47,548 nt of DNA, taken from NCBI GenBank assembly GCA_031396165.1, contig JANNKF010000444.1, positions 1 to 47,548 on the forward strand, read 5' to 3'. The stretch is from Bacteroidales bacterium. Lineage in GTDB: Bacteria; Bacteroidota; Bacteroidia; Bacteroidales; VadinHA17. How positions within the stretch are numbered: position 1 is the first letter of the stretch; every line of letters starts with the position of its first letter. Below the pieces are notes generated by a model. It saw only the letters and a list, made by a program, of their open reading frames with translations. It made no database searches and was not told the DNA's origin. The position numbers were made by a program, and so were the translations under genes. Shown here one piece after another: positions 21,669 through 31,783 of this stretch.

Positions 21669-22244
21669 ATGGAAATAAAAGACGGTATAAATACCTTTTA
21701 CGCGAAAACTCAAGAAGAGTGGCGAAACTGGCTCGGGAAAAATCACCGGACAGAAAAATCAATTTGGCTGATATTTTATAAAAAAGGGAGTGGTATACAA
21801 AGTACCAATTATTCTGAAGCTCTGGAAGAAGCACTCTGTTTTGGATGGATCGACAGCAAGGCAAATAAAAGAGATGATGTAAGTTATTACCAGTATTTTG
21901 CAAAGCGAAAACCTAAAAGTAACTGGAGTAAAGTAAATAAGGAAAAGGTTGCAAAACTAATAGAAAAGGGACTTATGACATCTGCAGGTTTTGAATCGAT
22001 AGAAATTGCTAAAAATAATGGATCATGGTCAGCACTGGATAAGGTGGAAGAACTTATTATTCCTGAGGACTTAAAACTGTTATTCGACAAAAACAAAATG
22101 GCATTTAAAAACTGGGAGCAATTCCCTCCGTCATCAAAAAAAGGAATACTGGGGTGGATTTTAAGTGCAAAGCGTCAGGAGACCAGGCAAAAACGAATTG
22201 AAGCAACGGTTGAACTTGCTGAGAAAAATATTAAAGCAAATTAG
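21669..22244 (+). CDS. YdeI/OmpD-associated family protein (start likely 21669)
   Basis: WRNWL, EEALCFGWIDS, SNWSKVNK, SAKRQETRQKRI; this start avoids overlap with the upstream gene. Confidence 0.9.
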   Translation: MEIKDGINTFYAKTQEEWRNWLGKNHRTEKSIWLIFYKKGSGIQSTNYSEALEEALCFGWIDSKANKRDDVSYYQYFAKRKPKSNWSKVNKEKVAKLIEKGLMTSAGFESIEIAKNNGSWSALDKVEELIIPEDLKLLFDKNKMAFKNWEQFPPSSKKGILGWILSAKRQETRQKRIEATVELAEKNIKAN

Positions 22245-22274
22245 CTCCGCGTTAAGCAAGATCTATTGTAAACA

Positions 22275-23102
22275 TCATTCAAAAACAACCGTCTTATTGT
22301 TATAGACAAATACCCGATCTTCGAAAACAAGTTGCATGGCTTTAGCAAGTGCAGCGGTTTCATTTTCTTTACCTGCTTTTATAAGATCAGCCAATTTAAA
22401 CGAATGATTTATTGAAATAATTTTTTGGGTTATTATGGGCCCGTCGTCGAGATCGTTTGTTACGAAATGAGCAGTCGCTCCGATAATTTTAACTCCACGC
22501 TTAAATGCCTGGCTATATGGATTAGCTCCTATAAATGCAGGTAAAAATGAATGGTGAATATTAATAATTTTCAATTTGAATGAGTCTATAAATTCCGGAG
22601 TAAGGATCCGCATAAACTTAGCAAGTATCAAATAATCAGGTCTGTAAGGTGAAATTATATTCATCAGTTCAGATTCAAAATTTTCTTTGCTTTTGTTTTC
22701 ATGTGATACATAATGAAAAGGAATACCAAATCTTTCAGTGATATTTTTCAGTTCAGGGTGGTTACCAATTACACCCAATACATTTGCCCCAAGGGTTTTG
22801 AAATGGTTTCTTGTGAGGATATCACTCAGGCAGTGATATTCTTTTGTAACCAGGACAACAATTTTTTTCTCCGGTAACGGATTTACCTTCACAATTGAAT
22901 TGGATGGTAATACTTTTAGAATTGAAGTCTCAATTTCTGTTGGATCGGTGATCCTGTTGACTGCTATCCTGACAAAGAATTTGTTTTCTTCCAGATCGAC
23001 ATGCTCACGCATTGAAATAATATTGCAGCCGCTTTTTGCCAGAACTGATGCTATGTCCGCCACCAGACCTACGCGATCCTCGCATTGAATAAGTATATTC
23101 AC
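22275..23102 (-). CDS. purU: Formyltetrahydrofolate deformylase
   Basis: N-terminal ACT domain (CEDRVGLV), INIHHSFLPAFIGANPY, GATAHFVT, KTVVF; GTG start. Confidence 0.96.
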   Translation of the reverse strand: MNILIQCEDRVGLVADIASVLAKSGCNIISMREHVDLEENKFFVRIAVNRITDPTEIETSILKVLPSNSIVKVNPLPEKKIVVLVTKEYHCLSDILTRNHFKTLGANVLGVIGNHPELKNITERFGIPFHYVSHENKSKENFESELMNIISPYRPDYLILAKFMRILTPEFIDSFKLKIINIHHSFLPAFIGANPYSQAFKRGVKIIGATAHFVTNDLDDGPIITQKIISINHSFKLADLIKAGKENETAALAKAMQLVFEDRVFVYNNKTVVFE

Positions 23103-23139
23103 CTGTTACCCTGTTTAGTTAAGATAGTAGTAATTATTT

Positions 23140-23147
23140 CAAAGTTA
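23140..23147 (-). promoter_or_regulatory. Bacteroidetes -7 promoter element TAACTTTG for purU
   Basis: Exact TAnnTTTG match 38 nt upstream of the start. Confidence 0.6.
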
Positions 23148-23270
23148 GTTGTTTTATTGAAAAAGTTCTGTAACCATATGCAGAACTTTGACTTGTTTCG
23201 GGGTTTAAAAAAATTGGTGATGCGAGCTAAAAAAGGTATTATTACACCCGAAAATTATAAGTAACAGAAT

Positions 23271-23900
23271 ATGGAGTTTTTTCAATCCCTCTTTGATTGG
23301 TACATGGCCAATCTGAACTATTTTACAGTAGCACTTCTTATGGCTATCGAGAGTACATTCATTCCTTTGCCATCAGAAATAGTTGTCCCATTTGCGGCCT
23401 ATAAGGCTGCACAGGGTGACTTGAATGTATTTCTTGTCGTGGTTTTTGCAACTATCGGAGCATTATCGGGTTCACTAATAAATTATACTCTGGCATATTA
23501 CCTTGGACGTCCAATTGTTTACCGATTTGCTGAATCGAAGGTCGGAAAACTCTTTCTACTGTCAAGAGAAAAAGTTGAACACGCAGAGAATTATTTCATC
23601 AAAAACGGAAAAACTTCAACCTTTATAGGAAGACTGGTACCGGGAGTCAGGCATCTGATTTCTATACCTGCCGGTCTGGCCAGAATGAATCTCCGTGACT
23701 TTATGCTCTATACATTTGTAGGAGCAGGGATCTGGAACATTATTCTGGCAATAATCGGTTATTACCTTTATGAGATGAGAGAACAGATCTTTCCTTATAT
23801 TGGCCACATACTACTTGCCATGGGTGCTTTGTTTGTTATTTACCTCATTGTAAAAGAACAGGTAAAAAGGAGGAAAAAGATGAACTCAAAACCTGAGTGA
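23271..23900 (+). CDS. dedA: DedA family membrane protein
   Basis: ESTFIPLPSE, FIGRLVPGVRHLISIPAG. Confidence 0.93.
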   Translation: MEFFQSLFDWYMANLNYFTVALLMAIESTFIPLPSEIVVPFAAYKAAQGDLNVFLVVVFATIGALSGSLINYTLAYYLGRPIVYRFAESKVGKLFLLSREKVEHAENYFIKNGKTSTFIGRLVPGVRHLISIPAGLARMNLRDFMLYTFVGAGIWNIILAIIGYYLYEMREQIFPYIGHILLAMGALFVIYLIVKEQVKRRKKMNSKPE

Positions 23901-24647
23901 TAAACAGCTTAATCCGCCGTCGACTTTACGAAATTCAGACACATCAAGGATAATAGTCTCAAAACCAGCCGATTCTATTTTTTTTCTTGTTTTCGGGAAG
24001 CCTTCCGGTACAAGAACCTTGCCATTTATCCACAATGAATTGGCAGCGTAACTTTCCTCTTCATCAACCAATATCCTCTTAAACTTCTTAAAAACCTCAG
24101 TTTGTTTAAATTCTCCGGCAACCAGCAAAGTGTTGTTTTCGAGAAACGATACTCCTGATTTCAGGTGCAGCATATTTTTTAAGGGCACTTTGGTAGCGGT
24201 CATTCCGTTTTTTTCAAGGATTCTGATCATCTGATCGGCACCTTCAATATTTGTCCTCTTCGAAATCCCAATGAAAAAATGATCACCATCCATCATTATA
24301 TCACCGGTTTCAACTGTTCCGGGTAGGGTGATTTTTTCAATGTTTTTGTAATATCCTAAAAGGACCGTATATAGGCTCTCTGTCTCTCCACGTCGTGATT
24401 CAGCTCCGGGACTGGTTATCACAGCACATTTCTTTGTACAAAGCGCAACATCCTCAATAAATGTTGAATCCGGATACTTTTCCAGAGGTGGAAGAATTTT
24501 TACTTCAAGTCCTAAACGTTTTAAGGTCGCTGTATACGTCGAATGCTGTTCAAGGGCAAGCATATAGTCTGGCTGACCGGTATCTGAAGATCTTAGACCG
24601 TTGATAATTGACCATGCCGGAGTTCTGACGATTGAATACTTAAACAT
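23886..24647 (-). CDS. Dimethylarginine dimethylaminohydrolase / amidinotransferase family
   Basis: PDSTFIED, SRRGE, LHLKS, C-terminal DGGLSCLSLRF. Confidence 0.92.
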   Translation of the reverse strand: MFKYSIVRTPAWSIINGLRSSDTGQPDYMLALEQHSTYTATLKRLGLEVKILPPLEKYPDSTFIEDVALCTKKCAVITSPGAESRRGETESLYTVLLGYYKNIEKITLPGTVETGDIMMDGDHFFIGISKRTNIEGADQMIRILEKNGMTATKVPLKNMLHLKSGVSFLENNTLLVAGEFKQTEVFKKFKRILVDEEESYAANSLWINGKVLVPEGFPKTRKKIESAGFETIILDVSEFRKVDGGLSCLSLRF

Positions 24648-24681
24648 TATGAGCTGTATTGGATTCAGATTACTTTTTATT

Positions 24682-24748
24682 TCCCGCAGATTGCGCAGAT
24701 TTTCGCAGAAATGGTTTTGATCCGCATTAATCTGCGAGATCTGCGGGA
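24682..24748. repeat. Intergenic hairpin built from CGCAGAT microrepeats
   Basis: TCCCGCAGATTGCGCAGATT (24682-24701) is 18/20 complementary to AATCTGCGAGATCTGCGGGA (24729-24748). Confidence 0.8.
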
Positions 24749-24753
24749 TAACT

Positions 24754-25131
24754 TCACGGGATATTCAGATCATCATCTCTTCTTACGAGATCAGGAGAGA
24801 ATGCCGGCAGACACACAGCAATATATTCAGCACCTCCCTCAAATGGGGTGCTATATTGCACCCATTCATCCTTCTCTGTTAAAATACACTGACCCTCCTC
24901 AACGATGAATTCCTCATTCCTGGTTATAATCCTGAGTTTTCCTTTCAGCACAACAGTGTATTCGTTAAACCTTGGAGATTGTCCGGGTTCGTTCCACCCC
25001 TGTGGACTTTTCATCCTTGCGATACTTACTTCATTTGTTTTGCTGTTGACCTTTCCGAAGAACTCCTGAATGATTTTTCCCCTCGTACCTGCAGCCTTTA
25101 TAATTGACGGTGATTTAAATAGTTGTGCCAT
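24754..25131 (-). CDS. Cupin domain protein
   Basis: GWNEPGQSPRFNEYTVVLKG, YSTP, YIAVCLPAFSP. Confidence 0.88.
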   Translation of the reverse strand: MAQLFKSPSIIKAAGTRGKIIQEFFGKVNSKTNEVSIARMKSPQGWNEPGQSPRFNEYTVVLKGKLRIITRNEEFIVEEGQCILTEKDEWVQYSTPFEGGAEYIAVCLPAFSPDLVRRDDDLNIP

Positions 25132-25294
25132 AGCAGTAAGAATAATTATGAATTAATTTTCAATATATATGAATTTCATTTCGTTAATGCTTTTCGGTTG
25201 TATATAATTCGATTGTTTAATATTCTTAATTCAGCTTATCTTCTGTTTAAACTCAACTTCAGAAACTCCAAACTTTATGCATTCCGGTCTCTCC

Positions 25295-26257
25295 TTAAAA
25301 ATATTCGAAAATTTTATCAATTATCTCAAGCCCTGCTCTTTTCCCGGTATCGCTGTAGATAAGATTGTTTTTTTTATCATACAGGTTAAGGTGAACATCT
25401 GAATCAATACTCTCCTTTATTCTTCTCGACATATCACCTGATACCGGAGCCATCAGCTCACCGAATGTATTCTTACGGACAACAATTTTCAGTGTACTCT
25501 TTTTATTCACCAGTGAAAGAGTCACACTATTCTCGTCGTGACTGATACCGGAGATTTTTGAATTGTTATATGTGCTGTATATCAGAAATTTATTATCAAA
25601 ATAAAGGAATGATATAAAGCCTATAAAGAACTTACCCCTCCAGGGGATCTTTGCGACGGAAAAGGTAAGAGAGGTCTCTTTATTGCTGAAATTATTAGTC
25701 TGGATCCAGAGCCATGCTTCCGGAAATGAGGTACCCCAGTCTTTTTCGATATATCCTTTTCCTCCTGTGAAATTAATAACAGTATCATTTACATTTATAC
25801 TACCCGAGAGCGAGTGATTAACCGATATTATTCCATGTTTACATTCCATGTATGGTACGAAGGAGTACCACCCCATTATACCGGGAGAAAACAGACTTTT
25901 AGGATAACTGATTCTGTTACTGTATTCCAGTTGACCTTTAATGTTTAAATTTTTATTATCAATATTCAAGTCGATGTAATTATCAGTAAAAACTGAATTC
26001 CCTATTTTGATAAAAACTTTATTCGTATCCCACGAAAAACTTTCCAACGGGTAATTTATGTAGTTTGACTGACCGGTTGTCCCATTGATTACCTGAATAA
26101 ATGAATGAGGATCTTTCTCATTAATGGAGATTCCGGGAATGAACGACCAGACCTCCTTCAAATCTGAAGAAACATGTTTAAAATACCAGCCTTCGAAATA
26201 CCTTTTGTTTTTCAGGTTGCCCTGAAAAACTTCCGGTTTGTAAATCCTGAAATTCAT
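25295..26257 (-). CDS. Tocopherol cyclase family protein (start likely 26257)
   Basis: YFEGWYFK, GIMGW, MECKHG, GYIEKDWGTSFP motifs. Confidence 0.85.
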   Translation of the reverse strand: MNFRIYKPEVFQGNLKNKRYFEGWYFKHVSSDLKEVWSFIPGISINEKDPHSFIQVINGTTGQSNYINYPLESFSWDTNKVFIKIGNSVFTDNYIDLNIDNKNLNIKGQLEYSNRISYPKSLFSPGIMGWYSFVPYMECKHGIISVNHSLSGSINVNDTVINFTGGKGYIEKDWGTSFPEAWLWIQTNNFSNKETSLTFSVAKIPWRGKFFIGFISFLYFDNKFLIYSTYNNSKISGISHDENSVTLSLVNKKSTLKIVVRKNTFGELMAPVSGDMSRRIKESIDSDVHLNLYDKKNNLIYSDTGKRAGLEIIDKIFEYF

Positions 26258-26313
26258 AGAGAACGCTTCCAGATTATAACAATTCAAAAAGATTATTGTT
26301 TAACTGCACATGC

Positions 26314-27135
26314 TCACTTTACTGCCGACTTGTAAACCGTATCTCTTACATATTCAGCCCATTCCAGATGAGTTTTTTGAGATGTAAATGTCTGGAAGGG
26401 GATTGGCTTTCCTATTCTTAAAGTAACAGTTGAGTTATGTTGTTTATGCATTTCAAGCGGAAGAAGGATTATTTCAATGGACATTTTAATTCCAAGAAAC
26501 TTTCTGAGTCTGTCTACTCTATAAAAAAGATTGGAGTTCCTTCCTTCAATAAAAACCGGGATAATGTCTCGCTTAAACTGAACAGCTTTGGTAATAAATG
26601 TTTTTTGCCAGACCGGGTCGGAGATCACCCCTTTCTTTCTGCGCGAAACAATACCTGCAGGGAATATCATTATCTGCGAATCTGATTCGAAAAGCTGATT
26701 GAATTTTCCGACCGTATCCTTCGTATTGGTCCCGAAAACATTTACTCCGAGAATTACTGGTTTAAGATTCGGGATGTAGTTAAACAACTGATTCGATGGT
26801 GATATAACGTTTGGAAAGAAACTGTAAATCGTACTTAGAAAAGCAAGGGCATCCATTCCTCCTACAGGATGATTTGCAACAAATACAAATCTGCCCGATA
26901 CCGGAATATTTTCACCACCCTTAATATCTACACTGACATTCCAGTCCTTAAGGACACTATTTACAAATGGGACTCCTGTTTTATTGCGGTTCCTGTGAAT
27001 GGTTTCATTCAATTCATCCTGTCGGACAAGCTTTTCTATCAGTCTGATAATGAAACGTGGCAGTGAATTTACGAATTTCGATTTACTGCTTCTGATAGCC
27101 TTCTCAATATCAATGATTCTTGTAATTTCCTCCAT
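26314..27135 (-). CDS. PlsC-type lipid acyltransferase
   Basis: NHPVGGMD (HxxxxD) and IFPAG motifs, GRNSNLFY. Confidence 0.88.
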   Translation of the reverse strand: MEEITRIIDIEKAIRSSKSKFVNSLPRFIIRLIEKLVRQDELNETIHRNRNKTGVPFVNSVLKDWNVSVDIKGGENIPVSGRFVFVANHPVGGMDALAFLSTIYSFFPNVISPSNQLFNYIPNLKPVILGVNVFGTNTKDTVGKFNQLFESDSQIMIFPAGIVSRRKKGVISDPVWQKTFITKAVQFKRDIIPVFIEGRNSNLFYRVDRLRKFLGIKMSIEIILLPLEMHKQHNSTVTLRIGKPIPFQTFTSQKTHLEWAEYVRDTVYKSAVK

Positions 27136-27368
27136 AACAGATTATCTTATTTCAGAAAGAGTTCCGGCAAGCCACTTTCAGTAAATAAAGGCCAGGTTTC
27201 TGCTTCACTGATCCCCGTCCGTAAACAATTCGGATTTCTATTGCAGGATCAGTTATCTCCGAAATCCTCAGCATATTATCGTTCCGTGATGGAGCTATTA
27301 CTGGTTTTGCCTTTTCCTTTAACTCACCAGTTACTTTACCTGGCCATAAATAAATCAATTTGGCAGAA

Positions 27369-28148
27369 TCATCCGATTCCCCTTATTGATTTCACAAATT
27401 TATTAATTTTTGCCGGCAAAGGAGCCTTCTCTTCCAGAGATCTTATAAATGCACTACCTATAATAACTCCGTTTGCAAACTCACAGGCTTTATTGTAGCT
27501 CTTATTGTCTGATATTCCAAAACCAATAAGTTTCGGACTTCTCAGATTCAGATTATTAAGTTTTTCAAAATAGTCGGTATTTGATTTTGAAAAGCCTCCG
27601 GTTCCACCTGTAGTTGCAGATGATGATACAACATATAGAAATCCCTTTGAAATACTATCCAGATATTTTATTCTTTCATCAGGACTTTGAGGTGAAACAA
27701 GAAAAGTATTTAAGACATTATATTTCATAAAAAGAGAATTGTACGCTTCAAGATATTCATCCACAGGAAGATCAGGTATAATGGTTCCATCAATTCCGGT
27801 TTCATTGCATTTAATAAGAAACTTTTCCATACCGAATCTGAACACCGGATTTATATATCCCATGAGGATGATCGGAATGTCTGTAATCTCTCTTACTTCC
27901 GAAATCTGTTCAAACAGAAGGTTTAAAGACATGCCATTTGAAAGCGCTGTTTCACTGCTTCTCTGAATAACTGGTCCATCAGCTACAGGATCGCTGAAGG
28001 GCATGCCTATCTCTATCATATCAACTCCGGCCTTGTCAAGTTCCTTTATAATTTCCATAGTATCACACAGTTCGGGATAGCCGGCAGTAAAATAAATTGA
28101 AAGTATATTTGTCTTTTTATTCGTGAAAAGAGTATTTATTCTGTTCAT
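27369..28148 (-). CDS. trpA: Tryptophan synthase alpha chain (start likely 28148, MNRI)
   Basis: YFTAGYP, EIGMPFSDPVADGPVIQ, MGYINP, GFGI, IGSA. Confidence 0.98.
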   Translation of the reverse strand: MNRINTLFTNKKTNILSIYFTAGYPELCDTMEIIKELDKAGVDMIEIGMPFSDPVADGPVIQRSSETALSNGMSLNLLFEQISEVREITDIPIILMGYINPVFRFGMEKFLIKCNETGIDGTIIPDLPVDEYLEAYNSLFMKYNVLNTFLVSPQSPDERIKYLDSISKGFLYVVSSSATTGGTGGFSKSNTDYFEKLNNLNLRSPKLIGFGISDNKSYNKACEFANGVIIGSAFIRSLEEKAPLPAKINKFVKSIRGIG

Positions 28149-28167
28149 CTGGTTCTTTAATAATAAA

Positions 28168-29358
28168 TTAAAACTCATCCTTCGCTCCGAAATAAGCCTG
28201 CATATCTTTATCCCCTCTTCCTGAGATGTTTACAACAACCACATCAGTCTGCTTAAGATTCATCTTACCCAATGCTGCAAGTGCATGAGCTGATTCAAGA
28301 GCCGGAATTATCCCCTCCAGTCGTGTGAGTTCAAACGCAGCTGCGAGGGCCTCTTTATCAGTGACATTCAGGTAAGTCGCCCTTCCTGATGTTGCAAGAT
28401 ATGCATGCAGTGGACCAACTCCGGGATAATCAAGACCCGCAGATATTGAATACGGCTCTGTGATCTGACCATCCTCATTCTGCATAAGAAGGGTTTTGCT
28501 TCCATGAATTATGCCGGGTGATCCTACCGAAATAGTTGCAGCTGTTTCATTTGTACCGGCACCTTTTCCTGCAGCTTCAACACCGATTAATTTTACATTC
28601 TTCCTTCCGATATATTTAAAAAATATTCCCGCAGCATTACTTCCCCCACCCACACATGCAACAATATAATCCGGATCTTCACGTCCTTCTTTTACCAGAA
28701 GCTGTAACATCAACTCCTCACTTATTACTGATTGAAACTTCGCCACAAGGTCGGGGTAGGGATGGGGCCCGACCACTGAACCGATAATATAGAATGTGTT
28801 TTCAGGATTGCTTATCCAGTCGCGCAAGGCTTCATTTGTCGCATCTTTTAGTGTTTTATTTCCGCATGTGGCCGGAATTACTTTTGCACCAAGCATCTCC
28901 ATCCTTTTTACATTGGGCTCCTGCCTTAACATATCTGTTTCACCCATATAAACAACACATTCCATGCCCATAAGAGCACACACCGTAGCAGTTGCCACAC
29001 CATGCTGACCTGCTCCGGTCTCTGCAATTATCCTGGTTTTTCCCATCTTCCTGGCAAGTAGTATCTGCCCGATCGTATTATTGATCTTGTGCGAACCTGT
29101 ATGATTTAAGTCTTCTCTTTTGAGGTAAATTCTGGCTCCGTACTTTTTACTGAGCCGTTTGGCAAAGAATAAGGGAGATGGCCTGCCTGCGTAATCCGCC
29201 AGTAACATATTGAATTCATTTTTGAATTCCTCAGATTCAATGATGTCGAAGTAAACAGCTTTAAGAGATTCAATATTGTCTCTTAGCATTTCAGGAATGA
29301 ATGCCCCGCCATACTTACCATAGTATCCCCTGCTGTCTGATATAAATGTCTTATTCAT
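28168..29358 (-). CDS. trpB: Tryptophan synthase beta chain
   Basis: [42 protein letters not shown]. Confidence 0.99.
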   Translation of the reverse strand: MNKTFISDSRGYYGKYGGAFIPEMLRDNIESLKAVYFDIIESEEFKNEFNMLLADYAGRPSPLFFAKRLSKKYGARIYLKREDLNHTGSHKINNTIGQILLARKMGKTRIIAETGAGQHGVATATVCALMGMECVVYMGETDMLRQEPNVKRMEMLGAKVIPATCGNKTLKDATNEALRDWISNPENTFYIIGSVVGPHPYPDLVAKFQSVISEELMLQLLVKEGREDPDYIVACVGGGSNAAGIFFKYIGRKNVKLIGVEAAGKGAGTNETAATISVGSPGIIHGSKTLLMQNEDGQITEPYSISAGLDYPGVGPLHAYLATSGRATYLNVTDKEALAAAFELTRLEGIIPALESAHALAALGKMNLKQTDVVVVNISGRGDKDMQAYFGAKDEF

Positions 29359-29364
29359 AGCTAT

Positions 29365-30000
29365 TTATTCATTTTTTCTTACTACATCAACGAAACTTCT
29401 TAAGCTTTCGTAGTTTTTGAGTCCGGGTTTAATCTCAAATCTGCTGTTCAGATCAATTCCATAGAATCCATTTACAGAAATTGCCGAAATTCTTTCAACG
29501 TCGTCGGGAGAAATACCGCCGCTTAGAAAAAAGGGATGTCCCAGGTCATAGTTCCCCAGTTCTTCCCAGTTGAATCTGGTTCCTGATCCGCCGAAGCCTG
29601 TTGTTAAGGTATCGAAGAGAAAATAATCCGTACATAATACATACTCAGCGCATTTTTCAAAAGCATATTCTTTTTTTATACTGAAGCTTTTTATTACTCC
29701 GGTCCCGGTTTCTTTAAGTAACTGGCATAGATCAGGTGATTCATTGCCATGGAGTTGTACAAAATCGAGCGAGTATCTGGTAACCGCGTTGATTATCTTA
29801 TCAAATGGTTCATTAACGAAAACGCCGGTTCTTTTTATTTGTGGTGAAAGATCTTTGAGATCTGATGGATCAAGAATTCGCTCAGCATACCTTTTTGATG
29901 AAGGGTAGAAAATGAAACCCATCAGATCAGGAACCAGACCGGAAATTGATTTAATATTATCCGCATATACCATTCCGCATATTTTAATTTTCAGATTCAT
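29365..30000 (-). CDS. trpF: Phosphoribosylanthranilate isomerase
   Basis: KIKICG, VQLHGNE, GGSG, LSGG. Confidence 0.97.
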   Translation of the reverse strand: MNLKIKICGMVYADNIKSISGLVPDLMGFIFYPSSKRYAERILDPSDLKDLSPQIKRTGVFVNEPFDKIINAVTRYSLDFVQLHGNESPDLCQLLKETGTGVIKSFSIKKEYAFEKCAEYVLCTDYFLFDTLTTGFGGSGTRFNWEELGNYDLGHPFFLSGGISPDDVERISAISVNGFYGIDLNSRFEIKPGLKNYESLRSFVDVVRKNE

Positions 30001-30788
30001 ATTGTAAATTTTTTTAAACCGGAAATGAACTCAGCGGCACTTTTCCCGGGATCGTTCGATCCCATAAAATGTTCGCCGATAAGGAATGCATCATATCCTC
30101 CTGAAAACAACTTCATTACATCATTTATTGTCTGAAATCCGCTTTCAGCAACTTTCAGACAATTCTCAGGTAGAAGAGGCAGAAGATTCATTGAGTTTTC
30201 CATGTTTATCCCAAATGTTTTAAGATTTCGGTTATTTACACCCACAATTCTGATCCTGTTATCCAGCTTTTCAAGATCCTCTGAATCATGGATTTCAAAA
30301 AGAACCTCCAGGCCAAGTGTAAATGCAAGATGAGTCAGATTTTTTGACTCTTCCATGGTCAAAATTGAGCCGATAAGCAAAATCGCTGAAGCACCAATTG
30401 ATTTGGATTCTATTAACTGGTATTCATCGATTATAAAATCTTTTCTCAGAATGGGGAATAAAGAATTTTGTGCAACGGATGAGAGATCGTCGTTATGTCC
30501 TCCAAAGAATTCATTATCGGTAAGAATTGACATAGCAGATACTCCGGCCCCCGCATAACCGGCAGCTACGTCAATAACTTCTGATGTACTGTTTATTACC
30601 CCTTTTGAAGGTGATTTCCTCTTAAACTCTCCAATTACTGCAGGTTCGCTCTTGTTGAGGGCATCATAAAAAGAGATTGGTATCCTCTCGAAAAATGATG
30701 ATTTCTCAAGTTCTTTGAGAGGGAATTGTTCCTTCCTCAATCTGACTTCAGCTTTCTTAAATGCTGCTATTTTACTAAGTAGATCCAT
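29997..30788 (-). CDS. trpC: Indole-3-glycerol phosphate synthase
   Basis: EFKRKSPSKG, LRKDFII, GVNNRNL, AESG. Confidence 0.98.
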   Translation of the reverse strand: MDLLSKIAAFKKAEVRLRKEQFPLKELEKSSFFERIPISFYDALNKSEPAVIGEFKRKSPSKGVINSTSEVIDVAAGYAGAGVSAMSILTDNEFFGGHNDDLSSVAQNSLFPILRKDFIIDEYQLIESKSIGASAILLIGSILTMEESKNLTHLAFTLGLEVLFEIHDSEDLEKLDNRIRIVGVNNRNLKTFGINMENSMNLLPLLPENCLKVAESGFQTINDVMKLFSGGYDAFLIGEHFMGSNDPGKSAAEFISGLKKFTI

Positions 30789-30790
30789 TG

Positions 30791-31780
30791 TCAGAGTTCA
30801 AGAAGTTTCTTAAGTATTATTAGAGCTCTTCCGCTTTTCAACGAAGTCTCTGCAAGCTGAAAACACTCCTGTAAGCTCTTGCCGGAATGGATCTTCGCAA
30901 GGGCAACCCCGGCATTGGCAATTACTACATTGTTTTGTGCAGAGGTGCCTTTTCCATCAAGAATGCTGAGAAAAATTTTAACAGATTCTTCCACTGTTTC
31001 TCCACCTCTTATCTCCTCCGGCTTTATCACCTGAAATCCTGCCTTTTCAGGCGATAAAAGTTCTTCTTCATTATTTGAGATCAGCTTAAAGCCGCTTGTA
31101 AGTGAAATTTCATCATATCCGTCGAGAGAGTAAAGAATAGTGAAGTTCTTGTCTGTCTGCTGGTAAATATAATTGTACAATCTTGCTGTTTCAAGGTTCC
31201 ATACACCTATGATCTGGTTTGGAGGAAATGCAGGATTTACCATTGGTCCGAGCATATTAAAAAAGGTTTTTACACTAAGCTCTCTTCTTATAGGAGCCAC
31301 GGCTTTCATAGCCGGATGAAAGAGTGGTGCATGAAGGAAGCAGATATTTGCCTTATCAAGCTGGTTTCTGAGAATATCATGGCTATTGGTAAATTTATAG
31401 CCAAGGTACTCCATCACGTTGCTCGATCCGCACGAAGATGATACTCCATAATTGCCATGTTTGGTAACTTTACCTCCTGCCCCGGCGACAACGAACGATG
31501 CGAGAGTAGAAATATTAAAAGTATTTTTACCGTCACCTCCGGTACCGCAAAGGTCAATGGGATTAAACTCCGACATGTCGGTAGCAAGACAAAGGTCTAT
31601 TAGCGCATCACGGAATCCTGCCAGTTCGCTGACGGTTATCATTCTCATCATGTAAACGGTAAGAAATGAGGATACCTGAGAGTTATTAAATTCTCCTGCA
31701 GCTATCTTCTTTAAAACAATTCTTGCTTCCTCTCTTTCAAGGGTCAGATGGGATGTGAGCCTCTGAAGTATTTCTTTCAT
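30791..31780 (-). CDS. trpD: Anthranilate phosphoribosyltransferase
   Basis: GTGGDGKNTFNIST, KHGN, DGYDE. Confidence 0.98.
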   Translation of the reverse strand: MKEILQRLTSHLTLEREEARIVLKKIAAGEFNNSQVSSFLTVYMMRMITVSELAGFRDALIDLCLATDMSEFNPIDLCGTGGDGKNTFNISTLASFVVAGAGGKVTKHGNYGVSSSCGSSNVMEYLGYKFTNSHDILRNQLDKANICFLHAPLFHPAMKAVAPIRRELSVKTFFNMLGPMVNPAFPPNQIIGVWNLETARLYNYIYQQTDKNFTILYSLDGYDEISLTSGFKLISNNEEELLSPEKAGFQVIKPEEIRGGETVEESVKIFLSILDGKGTSAQNNVVIANAGVALAKIHSGKSLQECFQLAETSLKSGRALIILKKLLEL

Positions 31781-31783
31781 TAT

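Noticed and set aside
23886-23900. 15-bp convergent overlap of dedA and the DDAH-like gene
   Set aside because: Short tail-to-tail overlaps are common and need no special explanation
20915-24647. PuuD-like hydrolase and DDAH-like enzyme as an arginine/polyamine pathway cluster
   Set aside because: They are on opposite strands and separated by unrelated genes; no evidence of co-regulation
24711-24908. 65-aa plus-strand ORF beginning in the CGCAGAT hairpin
   Set aside because: Derived from the repeat and antisense to the cupin gene
27190-27345. Assignment of the structured region as a lysine, c-di-GMP or cobalamin riboswitch, or 6S RNA
   Set aside because: Only a partial GGCAAAACC resemblance; the conserved cores of these families are not present, so it is left unassigned
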